Counted from the first letter of the stretch, positions 10,503-19,816 are shown. The stretch is 64,000 nucleotides of DNA from an uncultured Clostridia bacterium (GCA_934130355.1 CAKOXV010000005.1:18690-82689); one strand, 5' to 3'. A program made the numbers and translations. The notes: generated by a model from the letters alone, not told the origin.

Positions 10503-10542
10503 AGAAGCAGAAAGTAAAGACTTTTTGCTTCTGCTTTTTTAT
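10503..10542 (+). terminator. Rho-independent terminator after the second giant gene.
   Basis: Stem AGAAGCAGAAAG...CTTTTTGCTTCTGCT followed by TTTTTT. Confidence 0.7.
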
Positions 10543-10574
10543 GTTCCAAAACTCAAATAATTTGACAAAATACT

Positions 10575-10610
10575 TGAAAAATACGCAAAAACAATGTAAA
10601 ATATATAATG
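10575..10610 (+). promoter_or_regulatory. Sigma-A-like promoter for pth (TTGAAA-17-TAAAAT, overlapping TATAAT).
   Basis: Hexamers, and position about 40 bp upstream of the pth ATG. Confidence 0.45.
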
Positions 10611-10648
10611 ATAAAAAGGCGAAAACAATTCGAGTTAGGAGAAAAAAG

Positions 10649-11206
10649 ATGTATTTAATAATAGGATTAGGAAATCCAGAAGAGGAATACAGTAAAACAA
10701 GGCATAATATGGGATTTAACACAATAAACAAAATAGCAGAAAAATACAATTTAAAAGTAGAGCAAAGAAAATTCCAAGGATTATGTGAAAGTGCAATAAT
10801 AGAAGGAAAAAAAGTAATACTAATAAAACCACAAACATACATGAATTTAAGTGGAAACTGTGTAAAAGAATTTGTAGATTTTTATAAAATAGAAAAAGAA
10901 AATATAATAATAATATATGATGATATGGACACAAAACCAGGAGAAATAAGAATAAGAAAAAAAGGAAGCAGTGGAGGACATAATGGAATAAAATCAATTA
11001 TCCAATCATTAGGAACAGAAGAATTTCCGAGAATAAGAATAGGAATTGGAAGACCAGAACACAATGGAGACGAAATAAATTATGTCATAGGAAATATACC
11101 AGAAGCTGAAATAAAAGAATTAGAAAAAGGAACAGAAAAAGCAAAAGAAGCAACAATAGAAATATTAAAAAATGGAATTGATTATGCAATGAACAAATTT
11201 AATTAG
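10649..11206 (+). CDS. pth: Peptidyl-tRNA hydrolase.
   Basis: 'MYLIIGLGNPEEEYSKTRHNMGF' N-terminus and a conserved His/Asn active-site region. RBS AGGAG 8 nt upstream. The ORF track's upstream extension is rejected. Confidence 0.9.
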   Translation: MYLIIGLGNPEEEYSKTRHNMGFNTINKIAEKYNLKVEQRKFQGLCESAIIEGKKVILIKPQTYMNLSGNCVKEFVDFYKIEKENIIIIYDDMDTKPGEIRIRKKGSSGGHNGIKSIIQSLGTEEFPRIRIGIGRPEHNGDEINYVIGNIPEAEIKELEKGTEKAKEATIEILKNGIDYAMNKFN

Positions 11207-11218
11207 AAAGGCAAAAAA

Positions 11219-12397
11219 ATGATAGAACTTATAGTAAACAAAACACAAGAAAATAAAACAATAGCAGTTATAGAAAATGGAAAATTAGTAGAAATATATG
11301 AAGAAAATGAACAAAATAAAAAAGCAAGAAATGAAGGAAACATTTATATAGGAGTAGTAAAAGATATAATTCCAGGAATGCAAGCAGCATTTATAGATAT
11401 AGGAACAGAAAAAAATAGCTTTATACATGTAAAAGATGTAATACCACAAGTTGATGAAAAAGTAGAAAAAAGAATAGAAACAAAAATTAAAGAACAAGTG
11501 AAACCACAGCAAAAAATACTAGTACAAATCCAAAAAGATAGTAATGATAAAAAAGGTGCAAGAACATCAACACATTTAAAATTAACAGGTAAATATGTAA
11601 TATTAATGCCAAACACTACAATAGTCACAATATCACAAAAAATAACAGACGAAAATGAAAAAGAAAGACTATTAAAAATTATAAAATCAAAATTGCCAGA
11701 AAACACAGGAGCTATTTTAAGAACAGCAGCTGAGAAAAAAACAGAAAAAGAGCTAGAACAAGACTTAAATCAACTTATTAAAAAATGGCAAAAAATAAAA
11801 GAAGAATTTGATAATTCAAAAGTGGAGCCAAAGCTATTATATACAAGCCCTAATATTGTAGAAAAAATAATATTAGATATGCCAGAAAACAAAATAGAAA
11901 AAATAATAGTAAATGAACAAAGTGAATACGAAGAACTTAAAAAGAACTTAGAAGAATTGCAAGAAAAAAATATAAAGCTAGAAATAAAACAAGATTTATT
12001 AGAAAAATATGAATTAGAAAAGCAAATAGAAAAAGCAAAACAAAGAAAAATATGGCTAAATTGCGGAGGATTTATAACAATAGACTCAACAGAAGCATTA
12101 GTTGCAATAGATGTAAACTCAGGAAAATTTACAGGAAAAAGTAATCTAGAAGATACAATATACAAAGTAAATTATGAAGCAACAATAGAAATAGCAAAAC
12201 AATTAAGATTAAGAGATATTGGTGGAATAATAATTATAGACTATATAGATATGCATAAAGAAGAAAACAAAGAAAAAATCGAGAAACTTTTGAAAGAATC
12301 ACTAAAACAAGACAGGGCAAAAACACAAGTAGAAGGATTTACAAAACTAAACTTAATGGAACTAACAAGAAAACATATATGTAGTCATAATAGTTAA
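11219..12397 (+). CDS. rng: Ribonuclease G/E-family endoribonuclease (S1 domain plus catalytic domain).
   Basis: S1-like N-terminus. 'GARTSTHLKLTGKYVILMP' and 'ALVAIDVNSG' (the DVNSG catalytic motif). Confidence 0.75.
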   Translation: MIELIVNKTQENKTIAVIENGKLVEIYEENEQNKKARNEGNIYIGVVKDIIPGMQAAFIDIGTEKNSFIHVKDVIPQVDEKVEKRIETKIKEQVKPQQKILVQIQKDSNDKKGARTSTHLKLTGKYVILMPNTTIVTISQKITDENEKERLLKIIKSKLPENTGAILRTAAEKKTEKELEQDLNQLIKKWQKIKEEFDNSKVEPKLLYTSPNIVEKIILDMPENKIEKIIVNEQSEYEELKKNLEELQEKNIKLEIKQDLLEKYELEKQIEKAKQRKIWLNCGGFITIDSTEALVAIDVNSGKFTGKSNLEDTIYKVNYEATIEIAKQLRLRDIGGIIIIDYIDMHKEENKEKIEKLLKESLKQDRAKTQVEGFTKLNLMELTRKHICSHNS

Positions 12398-12534
12398 CGC
12401 TAAAATGGGGACGGTCCTTTTCTTCGCGAATTTGGGGACAGACCTTTAAAATTATTTGAAAATATTATATAAACAAATTAAAAGGTCTGTCCCCAAATTC
12501 GCGAAGAAAAGGACCGTCCCCATTTTAGCTAGCG
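12398..12534. repeat. GC-rich perfect palindrome with arms of about 49 bp (arm sequence 'gctaaaatggggacggtccttttcttcgcgaatttggggacagaccttt') and a loop of about 33 nt. Member of a genomic repeat family.
   Basis: Left arm 12399-12447 is the exact reverse complement of right arm 12481-12529. Contains GGGGACGGTCC / GGGGACAGACC / TTCGCGAA sub-palindromes. A related copy lies at 63491-63540. Confidence 0.85.
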
Positions 12535-12546
12535 AGAGGTGAAAAA

Positions 12547-13905
12547 ATGAAAGTAGGATTTATATCACTAGGATGTAGTAAAAATTTAATAGACACAGAA
12601 ATAGCAATAGGGCATTTCAAAAACAACAAATATGAAATAGAAAATAATCCAGAAAAAGCAGAAATAATAGTAATAAACACATGTGGATTTATAGAATCAG
12701 CAAAAGAAGAAGCAATAAACACAATACTAGAAATGGCTGAGTATAAAAAGAAAAAATGCAAATATCTAATAGTAATGGGATGTTTAGTACAACGTTATTA
12801 TGACGAACTAATAAAAGAACTTCCAGAAGTAGACTTATTCATAAAAATTGATGAATATAACAATATGTGGCAAAAAATAGAAAAACTAATTAAGAAAGAC
12901 GAAGTAGAGATAAGCACAACACATACAAGCAAAAAAATAACAGAAATAAAGCCACTTCCAATGCCAACAGCAAATGAATTTTATGAAAGAATTATAACAA
13001 CAGGAAAAAACTTTGCATATTTAAAAATAGGAGAAGGATGTAGCAATAGATGTACATATTGTGCAATTCCATACATAAGAGGTCCATTTGTAAGTAGACC
13101 ACAAGAAGAAATAATAGAAGAAGCAAAAACACTTGCAAAAAAAGGAATAAAAGAATTAATAATAATTGCACAAGACACAACAAAATATGGAGTAGACATT
13201 TATGGAGAGCCAAGACTAGCAAAACTATTAGAAGAATTAAGCAAAATTCCAGAAATAAAATGGATTAGATTTTTATATTCTTATCCAGAAGGAATAACAG
13301 ATGAACTAATTCAAACTGTTAAAAACAATGAAAAAATCTGCAAATATTTTGACATACCAATTCAACACATTTCAGATAAAATCCTAAAAAAGATGAATAG
13401 AAGAACAAACAAAAAACAAATAGAAAACTTAATAAATAAATTAAGAAAAGAAATACCTGATGTAACATTAAGAACAAGTTTGATAGTAGGATTTCCAGGA
13501 GAAACTGTTGAAGATTTTGAAGAATTAGAAGAATTTGTACAACAAGCCAAATTTGACAAATTAGGTGCATTCATGTATTCAAAAGAAGAAGGAACACCAG
13601 CTGCTAAGATGACAGGACAAATACATGCAAACACTAAAAAGGCAAGATACAATAAAATAATGGCAATTCAGCAAAAAACTTCAAACGAAAAATTACAAGA
13701 AAAAATAGGAAAAGAATTTGAAGTTTTAGTTGAAGACAAAACTTTTGATGGAAAATATTTAATAGGAAGAACTAAACAAGATGTTCCAGACATTGATGGA
13801 CTTATATACATAAAAAATGAGACAACAGAGCAATTAATAGACAAATTTGTAAAAGCAAAAGTCATAGAAGTAAAAGATTATGACTTAATAGGAGAGATTT
13901 GTTAA
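12547..13905 (+). CDS. rimO: Ribosomal protein S12 methylthiotransferase RimO (MiaB-family radical SAM with TRAM domain).
   Basis: 'VGFISLGCSKNLIDTE' N-terminal MTTase domain, 'CSNRCTYCAIP' radical-SAM Cys motif, C-terminal TRAM domain. Confidence 0.75.
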   Translation: MKVGFISLGCSKNLIDTEIAIGHFKNNKYEIENNPEKAEIIVINTCGFIESAKEEAINTILEMAEYKKKKCKYLIVMGCLVQRYYDELIKELPEVDLFIKIDEYNNMWQKIEKLIKKDEVEISTTHTSKKITEIKPLPMPTANEFYERIITTGKNFAYLKIGEGCSNRCTYCAIPYIRGPFVSRPQEEIIEEAKTLAKKGIKELIIIAQDTTKYGVDIYGEPRLAKLLEELSKIPEIKWIRFLYSYPEGITDELIQTVKNNEKICKYFDIPIQHISDKILKKMNRRTNKKQIENLINKLRKEIPDVTLRTSLIVGFPGETVEDFEELEEFVQQAKFDKLGAFMYSKEEGTPAAKMTGQIHANTKKARYNKIMAIQQKTSNEKLQEKIGKEFEVLVEDKTFDGKYLIGRTKQDVPDIDGLIYIKNETTEQLIDKFVKAKVIEVKDYDLIGEIC

Positions 13906-13920
13906 AAAGGGGGAAGAACC

Positions 13921-15105
13921 ATGGAAGAAAATGAAAAAGACAGATATGTTTTTGAGATTTTAGCTTTATTTGAACAAGAAATTGATGCAAAATTACAAGA
14001 AGAAAAAGGAGAAGCTGAAAGGATAAAATATTATGAAAAATTCAATATAAATGGAATTGACTTTGAAAATATATTTATAACAACAGAAAGAGATGAAAAA
14101 GGAAAAGTCAGCTACCATGTATATTGTGGAGGTTCTTCAAATGAAATATTGTCAATAGATGACAAAGGAAATGTAACAATAAAAAATGAAGAATTAGGAA
14201 AGTATTTAGGCGAAGATGTCGATTTAGAGAAAACAATGTCTGAAAATGAAAAAGACCCAAAAGGCTTAAGAGGAATTTCTGAAAAAATGAAGCAAGAAGA
14301 AGAAAAAGAGCAAAAGGAACAAGACAAGCCAGATGAGCCAGACAAAGAAACAGAAAAAATCGAAGAAGAATTAGAAGAACAAGGTGAAGAAGACTTAAAA
14401 ATAAGCAAATACAGAAAAATAAAAGACACTGGAGTAGCCGAAAGAATGCCAGAAGTATTTGGTGGTTCAACAGAAAATGGTATAGCATTTTCAAACAAAC
14501 TAAACAGATATATAATCATTTCAAAAGTCAATGGAAAAACTCAAATAAATGACAATGTTGAGCCTGCAAGAATGACATGGAAAAGTATTATAAGTATAGA
14601 CCCAAATGGCCAAAGTGTTGAAAGAAAAGTGCCACATGCATTAATGAAAACAAATAGAAGTGATAAAGAAATAGCAGTTACAATTGGACAATATGGAGAA
14701 GTTGATATAGAAACAGTGGATGTGCTTCCTTGTCAAGAAAGAATCTCAAGAGAAGTAAGAGTTGATGGAGAAGGGACAGAAAAACAAGAAAGCCGTGAGA
14801 TAAGAAATCAATTTGCACAAGAAGGAAAAGAATACAAACATGATATAGCACATCGAGTTCAAGATATAGAACAAGCACAAAGAGATGCAAATCAAACAGT
14901 AGATTATGATATAACAGAAGATGACTACATCCCAAACACAGAAATGACCTGGGGAGAATTAATGGAAGAAACAGGAGAATCTTTACCTAAACTAATAGAA
15001 AGATATAATAGAGAAATGGGAAAACAAGATGCAAAATCAGAAGATGTTGTAGAAACAATAGAAAATGATTATGGCAATATATCTCATGAACATGGATTAA
15101 ATTAG
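13921..15105 (+). CDS. Hypothetical highly acidic Glu/Lys-rich protein.
   Basis: Long ORF with a good RBS (AAGGGGGAAG). Low-complexity acidic stretch. No family recognised. Confidence 0.5.
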   Translation: MEENEKDRYVFEILALFEQEIDAKLQEEKGEAERIKYYEKFNINGIDFENIFITTERDEKGKVSYHVYCGGSSNEILSIDDKGNVTIKNEELGKYLGEDVDLEKTMSENEKDPKGLRGISEKMKQEEEKEQKEQDKPDEPDKETEKIEEELEEQGEEDLKISKYRKIKDTGVAERMPEVFGGSTENGIAFSNKLNRYIIISKVNGKTQINDNVEPARMTWKSIISIDPNGQSVERKVPHALMKTNRSDKEIAVTIGQYGEVDIETVDVLPCQERISREVRVDGEGTEKQESREIRNQFAQEGKEYKHDIAHRVQDIEQAQRDANQTVDYDITEDDYIPNTEMTWGELMEETGESLPKLIERYNREMGKQDAKSEDVVETIENDYGNISHEHGLN

Positions 15106-15118
15106 AAAGAGGGATGTT

Positions 15119-16345
15119 ATGCTAATAGAACAATTAATATTTATAATAATAGCATTTGCACTATTTGTCTACATGTTCTATCAATTAATAAAAAAGAATG
15201 ACACCAAATATGTGCCAATATTAGCAATAGAAGCAGTTGGAATAGGAATAGACTTTGTTAGACTATATTTTGCTGATGGAGATATAGGAGCAGTAGCAAG
15301 AATAATAATATATACATTTTCAATAGTAATTCCAATACTAGTAATTGTGTTAGAAAGATTAAACAGCAATATGTCTGAAAAAATAAATATTTTTATTGCA
15401 AAAGTTTATTTAGTATTTGGAGATACCAAATCAGCTAAAAATAAATTACTTGAAATTGTTACAGAATACCCTGAAAGCTATCTTGGACATAAGTTATTAG
15501 CTCAAATATATGAAAAAGAAGGCGGACAAAGAAAAGCTGTTGATGAATATACACAAGCAATAGAAATAAATAAAAAAGATTATGATTCATATTACAAAGT
15601 TTCAAATCTATTAATAGATTTAGACAAAAAAGAAGAAGCAACACAACTTTTAACAAATCTATTAAGCAAAAAGCCTGATTATGTAGAAGCATCAATAACA
15701 TTAGGAGACCTTTTGATTGAACAAGAAAATTACAAAGAAGCTGTAAACATATATTTAGATGCATTAAAATATTCGCCAACAAGTTATGATTTAAACTATA
15801 ATTTAGGAATTGCATATACAATGTTAAATGACTTTCAAAATGCCAAAACATCTTATGAAAAAGCAGCTGAATTAAATACATTAGTTTATAATACTAAATA
15901 TAGTTTAGCAGAAATAGCAATGATATATAAAGAACTTGATGAGGCAGAAGAATACTTTTTACAAACAATTGAAGATGAAGAACTTTGTGCAGATGCTTAT
16001 TTAGAATTAGCAAAAATATGTATATTGAAAAATGAAAAAGAACAAGCAATAAAATATGCAAATGTTGCTATTCAAGAAGAGCCAAAAAGAATTGTAGAAA
16101 AAATTCAAAAAGATGTTACATTTGCAATAATAATTTCTAAATTATCAATACCATTTAATTTAGAAATTGAAGGCGAAGAAGAAAGAAAACATAAATTAAC
16201 GCAAAAAGAATTAAATGCAAAAGAACATCTCGAACAAATGGTAGAAATCACAAAAAAGATAGGATATAATGATTTAAAATCAGAAAGAAAAAATGAACAA
16301 GATAAAACATCACAAATAAATTTTCACAAAGAAAGAGAAGAATAA
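15119..16345 (+). CDS. TPR-repeat protein with N-terminal transmembrane helices.
   Basis: Two or three N-terminal hydrophobic helices, then several TPR-like 34-residue repeats (for example 'AYLELAKICILKNEKEQAIKYANVAIQEEP'). Confidence 0.6.
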   Translation: MLIEQLIFIIIAFALFVYMFYQLIKKNDTKYVPILAIEAVGIGIDFVRLYFADGDIGAVARIIIYTFSIVIPILVIVLERLNSNMSEKINIFIAKVYLVFGDTKSAKNKLLEIVTEYPESYLGHKLLAQIYEKEGGQRKAVDEYTQAIEINKKDYDSYYKVSNLLIDLDKKEEATQLLTNLLSKKPDYVEASITLGDLLIEQENYKEAVNIYLDALKYSPTSYDLNYNLGIAYTMLNDFQNAKTSYEKAAELNTLVYNTKYSLAEIAMIYKELDEAEEYFLQTIEDEELCADAYLELAKICILKNEKEQAIKYANVAIQEEPKRIVEKIQKDVTFAIIISKLSIPFNLEIEGEEERKHKLTQKELNAKEHLEQMVEITKKIGYNDLKSERKNEQDKTSQINFHKEREE

Positions 16346-16432
16346 CTCATAAAAAAACGTAAATTTAATATACTAATAATATATTAATCATGTAATTTGA
16401 TAAATCAAGTTCATGGTAAGCATGGAGGAAAT

Positions 16433-17302
16433 ATGAAATTTACGTTTATCGGTGGAGATTTAAGAATGGTAAAACTAGCAGAAATGCTAGCAAAAGAAAA
16501 TGATATTTATACTTATGGATTAGAAAATGCAAAAGAATTAAAAGATGTGCCAAATATAATACAATGTGATACAATAAGAAAAGCTGTACAAGATGCAGAA
16601 ATTATAATAGGACCAATTCCATTTTCAAGCAATGGAAATACAGTAAATGCACCATATTGTGATAAAGAAATTACAATAAGAGAAGTTATGCATGTAATAA
16701 ATGCAAAAGTGCTTATAGCAGGAGGAATAACTCCAGAAGTTTATAATATGGCAAATGATGAATATATTGAAATAATAGACATAATGAAAAGAGAAGAACT
16801 TGCTGTATTAAATACAATTGCAACAGCAGAAGGAACAATTCAAATAGCTATAGAAAACACAAATAAAATTTTACACGGAAGCGAAGTACTTATATTAGGA
16901 TTTGGAAGAATCGGTAAAGTCTTAGCTAGAAAGCTTGCAGGATTATCAGTAAAAGTTACTGCTGCAGCAAGAAAAGATGAAGATTTAGCATGGATACAAG
17001 CTTATGGTCATAAAGCAACAAATATAAATAATTTAGGCGAAAATTTAAGTAAATATGATGTAATAATAAACACAGTACCACACACAATATTAACAGAAGA
17101 AAAACTTGCATATATAAAAAAAGATTGTCTGTTAATAGATTTGGCGTCAAACCCAGGTGGAATTGATAAAAAAGCAGTTAAAGATAAAAATCTTAAATTT
17201 GTTTGGGCTTTATCTCTTCCTGGAAAAGTTGCACCAACAACATCAGCAGAATTTATAAAAGATACAATATATAATATAATTAAAGAAATATACAAGAGTT
17301 AA
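16433..17302 (+). CDS. dpaA: Dipicolinate synthase subunit A.
   Basis: 'FIGGDLR', 'TAEGTIQIAIENT', 'HGSEVLILGFGRIGK', 'LASNPGGID' and 'LPGKVAPTT' align with SpoVFA. RBS GGAGG before the ATG at 16433. Confidence 0.8.
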   Translation: MKFTFIGGDLRMVKLAEMLAKENDIYTYGLENAKELKDVPNIIQCDTIRKAVQDAEIIIGPIPFSSNGNTVNAPYCDKEITIREVMHVINAKVLIAGGITPEVYNMANDEYIEIIDIMKREELAVLNTIATAEGTIQIAIENTNKILHGSEVLILGFGRIGKVLARKLAGLSVKVTAAARKDEDLAWIQAYGHKATNINNLGENLSKYDVIINTVPHTILTEEKLAYIKKDCLLIDLASNPGGIDKKAVKDKNLKFVWALSLPGKVAPTTSAEFIKDTIYNIIKEIYKS

Positions 17303-17322
17303 ATAAGAAAGGAATAAAAATT

Positions 17323-18123
17323 ATGGAAATTTATCAAGCAATAATATTAGGAATAGTACAAGGATTAACAGAGCTTTTACCAATCTCAAGCTCAGCACAT
17401 TTAAAATTAATACCATGGATATTTAAGTGGCAAGAAATGCCAGAAAGTTTTGATGTAGCATTACATCTTGGAACTTTATTGGCAATTACAATATTCTTTT
17501 TCAAAGACTGGCTAAATCTAGTAAAAGGAGGATATGAACAAGTTGTAAAAAAGAAAAAATCAACAGAAGGAAAAATATTCTGGTACATAGTAGCTGTAAC
17601 AATTCCAACAGGAATATTGAGCTTAGTTTTAGATAAATTTTCAGGAATGATTTGTGACAAGTTTGGAATAGAAATACCATTAATAGCAATAGCACTTATA
17701 GTTTTAGGAATAGTTTTATATTTAGTAGACAAGAATTCTGCTTCAGAAACAAAACTTGAAGATATGACATTTAAACAATCATTTTTAATAGGTATTTCAC
17801 AAGCAATTGCAGCAGCATTCCCAGGAACATCAAGATCTGGAATAACAATGACAGTAGCAAGAGGCTTAAAAGTTGATAGAGAAAGTGCAGCCAAATATTC
17901 ATTTTTATTATCAACTCCAATAATATTAGCAGCAGTTATTGTAAGTATAACAGATTTTGAGTTTACACTTGCATTTTTCATGGGTGTTTTATCAAGCTTT
18001 ATAGTAGGATTAGTAGTAATTAAGTTTCTACTAAATTACTTGAAAAAAGGAAGCTTCAAGGTATTTGCAATATACAGGGTAATTCTTGGAATAATCGTAT
18101 TAGCAATGACATTTATAAGATAA
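17323..18123 (+). CDS. uppP: Undecaprenyl-diphosphate phosphatase.
   Basis: 'LLPISSSAHL' and 'PGTSRSG' BacA motifs. Polytopic. Confidence 0.9.
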   Translation: MEIYQAIILGIVQGLTELLPISSSAHLKLIPWIFKWQEMPESFDVALHLGTLLAITIFFFKDWLNLVKGGYEQVVKKKKSTEGKIFWYIVAVTIPTGILSLVLDKFSGMICDKFGIEIPLIAIALIVLGIVLYLVDKNSASETKLEDMTFKQSFLIGISQAIAAAFPGTSRSGITMTVARGLKVDRESAAKYSFLLSTPIILAAVIVSITDFEFTLAFFMGVLSSFIVGLVVIKFLLNYLKKGSFKVFAIYRVILGIIVLAMTFIR

Positions 18124-18137
18124 AAATAAGGAATGCA

Positions 18138-18569
18138 TTAGCATTCCTTATTAATTGTTAAATATCTAACATTTTCATCATTTTCATCTTTTTTAAAGTA
18201 AATTCTAATACAGTTCTTAGGAAGAGCTTCTTCAATAAGTTCGCCCCATTCTATAATACAAATACCAGAAGAAAAATATTCTTCACCACCAATTGCATAA
18301 AATTCACTAACATCTTCTAGACGATAAACATCAAAATGATAAATATTTATATCATCTTTTTTATATTCATTAACAATAGTAAAAGTAGGACTAGAGATTT
18401 CTTCTTCAAGCCCGAAATATTTTAAAAATCCTTCAGTAAATTTTGTTTTACCAGCTCCTAATTCACCAGTTAATACAACAACATCTCCAATATGTAATTT
18501 ACTTGCAAGTTTAGTTGCAAAATCCATTGTTTCATTACTACTATGTGAAGTAAATGTATAAGTCTCCAT
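18138..18569 (-). CDS. tsaE: tRNA t6A37 threonylcarbamoyladenosine biosynthesis protein TsaE (YjeE ATPase).
   Basis: Walker A 'GELGAGKTKFTEGF'. Size 143 aa. Confidence 0.85.
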   Translation of the reverse strand: METYTFTSHSSNETMDFATKLASKLHIGDVVVLTGELGAGKTKFTEGFLKYFGLEEEISSPTFTIVNEYKKDDINIYHFDVYRLEDVSEFYAIGGEEYFSSGICIIEWGELIEEALPKNCIRIYFKKDENDENVRYLTINKEC

Positions 18570-18644
18570 AAGCTTACCTCCATTTACTATTTTAACCGAA
18601 AATAAAAAAAATGTAAAGACTTAAGAAAAATTGAATTTTATACT

Positions 18645-18673
18645 TGACAATTAGAGGAAAAAACATTATAATA
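18645..18673 (+). promoter_or_regulatory. Consensus sigma-A promoter (TTGACA-17-TATAAT) driving the tRNA gene.
   Basis: Perfect hexamers with a 17-bp spacer, 25 nt upstream of the tRNA 5' end. Confidence 0.7.
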
Positions 18674-18698
18674 ATAATGTTCTGTTTAGAACACAGAT

Positions 18699-18775
18699 GG
18701 CGAAGTAGCTCAGTTGGCTAGAGCATTCGGTTCATACCCGACAGGTCGGCGGTTCGAATCCACCCTTCGCTACCA
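18699..18775 (+). tRNA. tRNA with a CAT anticodon (elongator Met or Ile2 type) and an encoded CCA.
   Basis: Cloverleaf: acceptor GGCGAAG/CTTCGCT (G1·U72), D-arm GCTC/GAGC, anticodon loop TTCATAC, T-loop TTCGAAT. There are two stem mismatches (27·43 U·C and 51·63 C·A). Confidence 0.75.
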
Positions 18776-18806
18776 ATAACAAATCTGTTTGAATTGCAGA
18801 TACTAA

Positions 18807-18837
18807 AATCAATCAGTAAAATGATTGATTTTTTTGC
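18807..18837 (+). terminator. Rho-independent terminator after the tRNA.
   Basis: Stem AATCAATCA...TGATTGATT followed by T7. Confidence 0.7.
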
Positions 18838-18862
18838 TGTAACAAGAAATGAGGTAAAAAAC

Positions 18863-19816
18863 ATGCTAATACAAATATTATTAATATTAGTAGGATTCGT
18901 ATTATTAATAAAAGGAGCAGACTTACTTGTAGATGGATCAAGTGCAATAGCAAAAAAATTAAGGATATCAGAAATAGTAATAGGTCTAACAATAGTATCA
19001 ATAGGAACATCAATGCCAGAGCTATTTGTAAGTACAACATCTGCAATACAAGGAGCAGCAGACATATCAATAGGAAATATAATAGGAAGTAATATATGTA
19101 ATTTACTATTAATATTAGGAATCTCAGCAGTAATACATCCAGTAGAATTTCAAAAACAAACAAAATGGATTGAAAATCCAATGTCAATAATCTTAACAGC
19201 GATATTTTTAATAATATGCAATACAAATCAAGAAGTTGGTAGAATTGAAGGAATTATACTAATATTGTTATTTATAGGATTTTTAGTATATACAATAATT
19301 ATGGGAAGAAAAAGCCAAGATGAAGTGATACTAGAAATATCATTAGAAGAAGTAAAAAAGATTAATGTATTTAAAAACATAATGTTAATAATATTAGGAA
19401 TAGTAGCATTAAAAATAGGTGGAGACCTTGTTGTAGAAAATGCAAAACTTGTTGCAACAGCACTAAACGTAAGTGAAAAAATTATAGGATTAACAATAGT
19501 TGCAATAGGAACAAGTTTACCAGAACTTGTAACAAGTGTAACAGCAGCAATAAAGGGAGACAGTGACATAGCAATAGGAAATATAATTGGTTCAAACATA
19601 TTCAACATGTTACTAATAATAGGAGTAACATCAATCATTCAACCAATATCATATAATGTAACATATAATTCACAAATGACAATTTTATTTGTAGGTATGT
19701 CATTAATGTTAATATTCCCATTTATAAAGCCAAAAGACCAGTTATCAAGAAAAAATGGACTAATATTAGTACTACTTTATATATTTTATATGCTTAAATT
19801 ATTTTTTGAAAAATAG
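18863..19816 (+). CDS. Ca2+/Na+ antiporter of the CaCA family (YrbG-like).
   Basis: Two internal repeats containing 'GTSMPELFVS' and 'GTSLPELVTS' alpha-repeat motifs. RBS GAGG before the ATG at 18863. Confidence 0.8.
   Translation: MLIQILLILVGFVLLIKGADLLVDGSSAIAKKLRISEIVIGLTIVSIGTSMPELFVSTTSAIQGAADISIGNIIGSNICNLLLILGISAVIHPVEFQKQTKWIENPMSIILTAIFLIICNTNQEVGRIEGIILILLFIGFLVYTIIMGRKSQDEVILEISLEEVKKINVFKNIMLIILGIVALKIGGDLVVENAKLVATALNVSEKIIGLTIVAIGTSLPELVTSVTAAIKGDSDIAIGNIIGSNIFNMLLIIGVTSIIQPISYNVTYNSQMTILFVGMSLMLIFPFIKPKDQLSRKNGLILVLLYIFYMLKLFFEK

Noticed and set aside
10541-10648. N-terminal extension of pth starting at 10541.
   Set aside because: The conserved Pth N-terminus starts at 'MYLIIGLGNP' (10649) with a good RBS. 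The extension has no homology and overlaps the promoter.
17334-17981. Long minus-strand ORFs in the ORF track that overlap + strand genes (for example 17334-17981, 27623-28120, 30953-31432, 60630-61049, 29582-29950).
   Set aside because: They are antisense to confidently identified genes (uppP, the ABC ATPase, the GT fusion, the SPOCS protein). Their compositions are low-complexity and Ile/Phe/Leu-rich, as is typical of AT-rich antisense frames.
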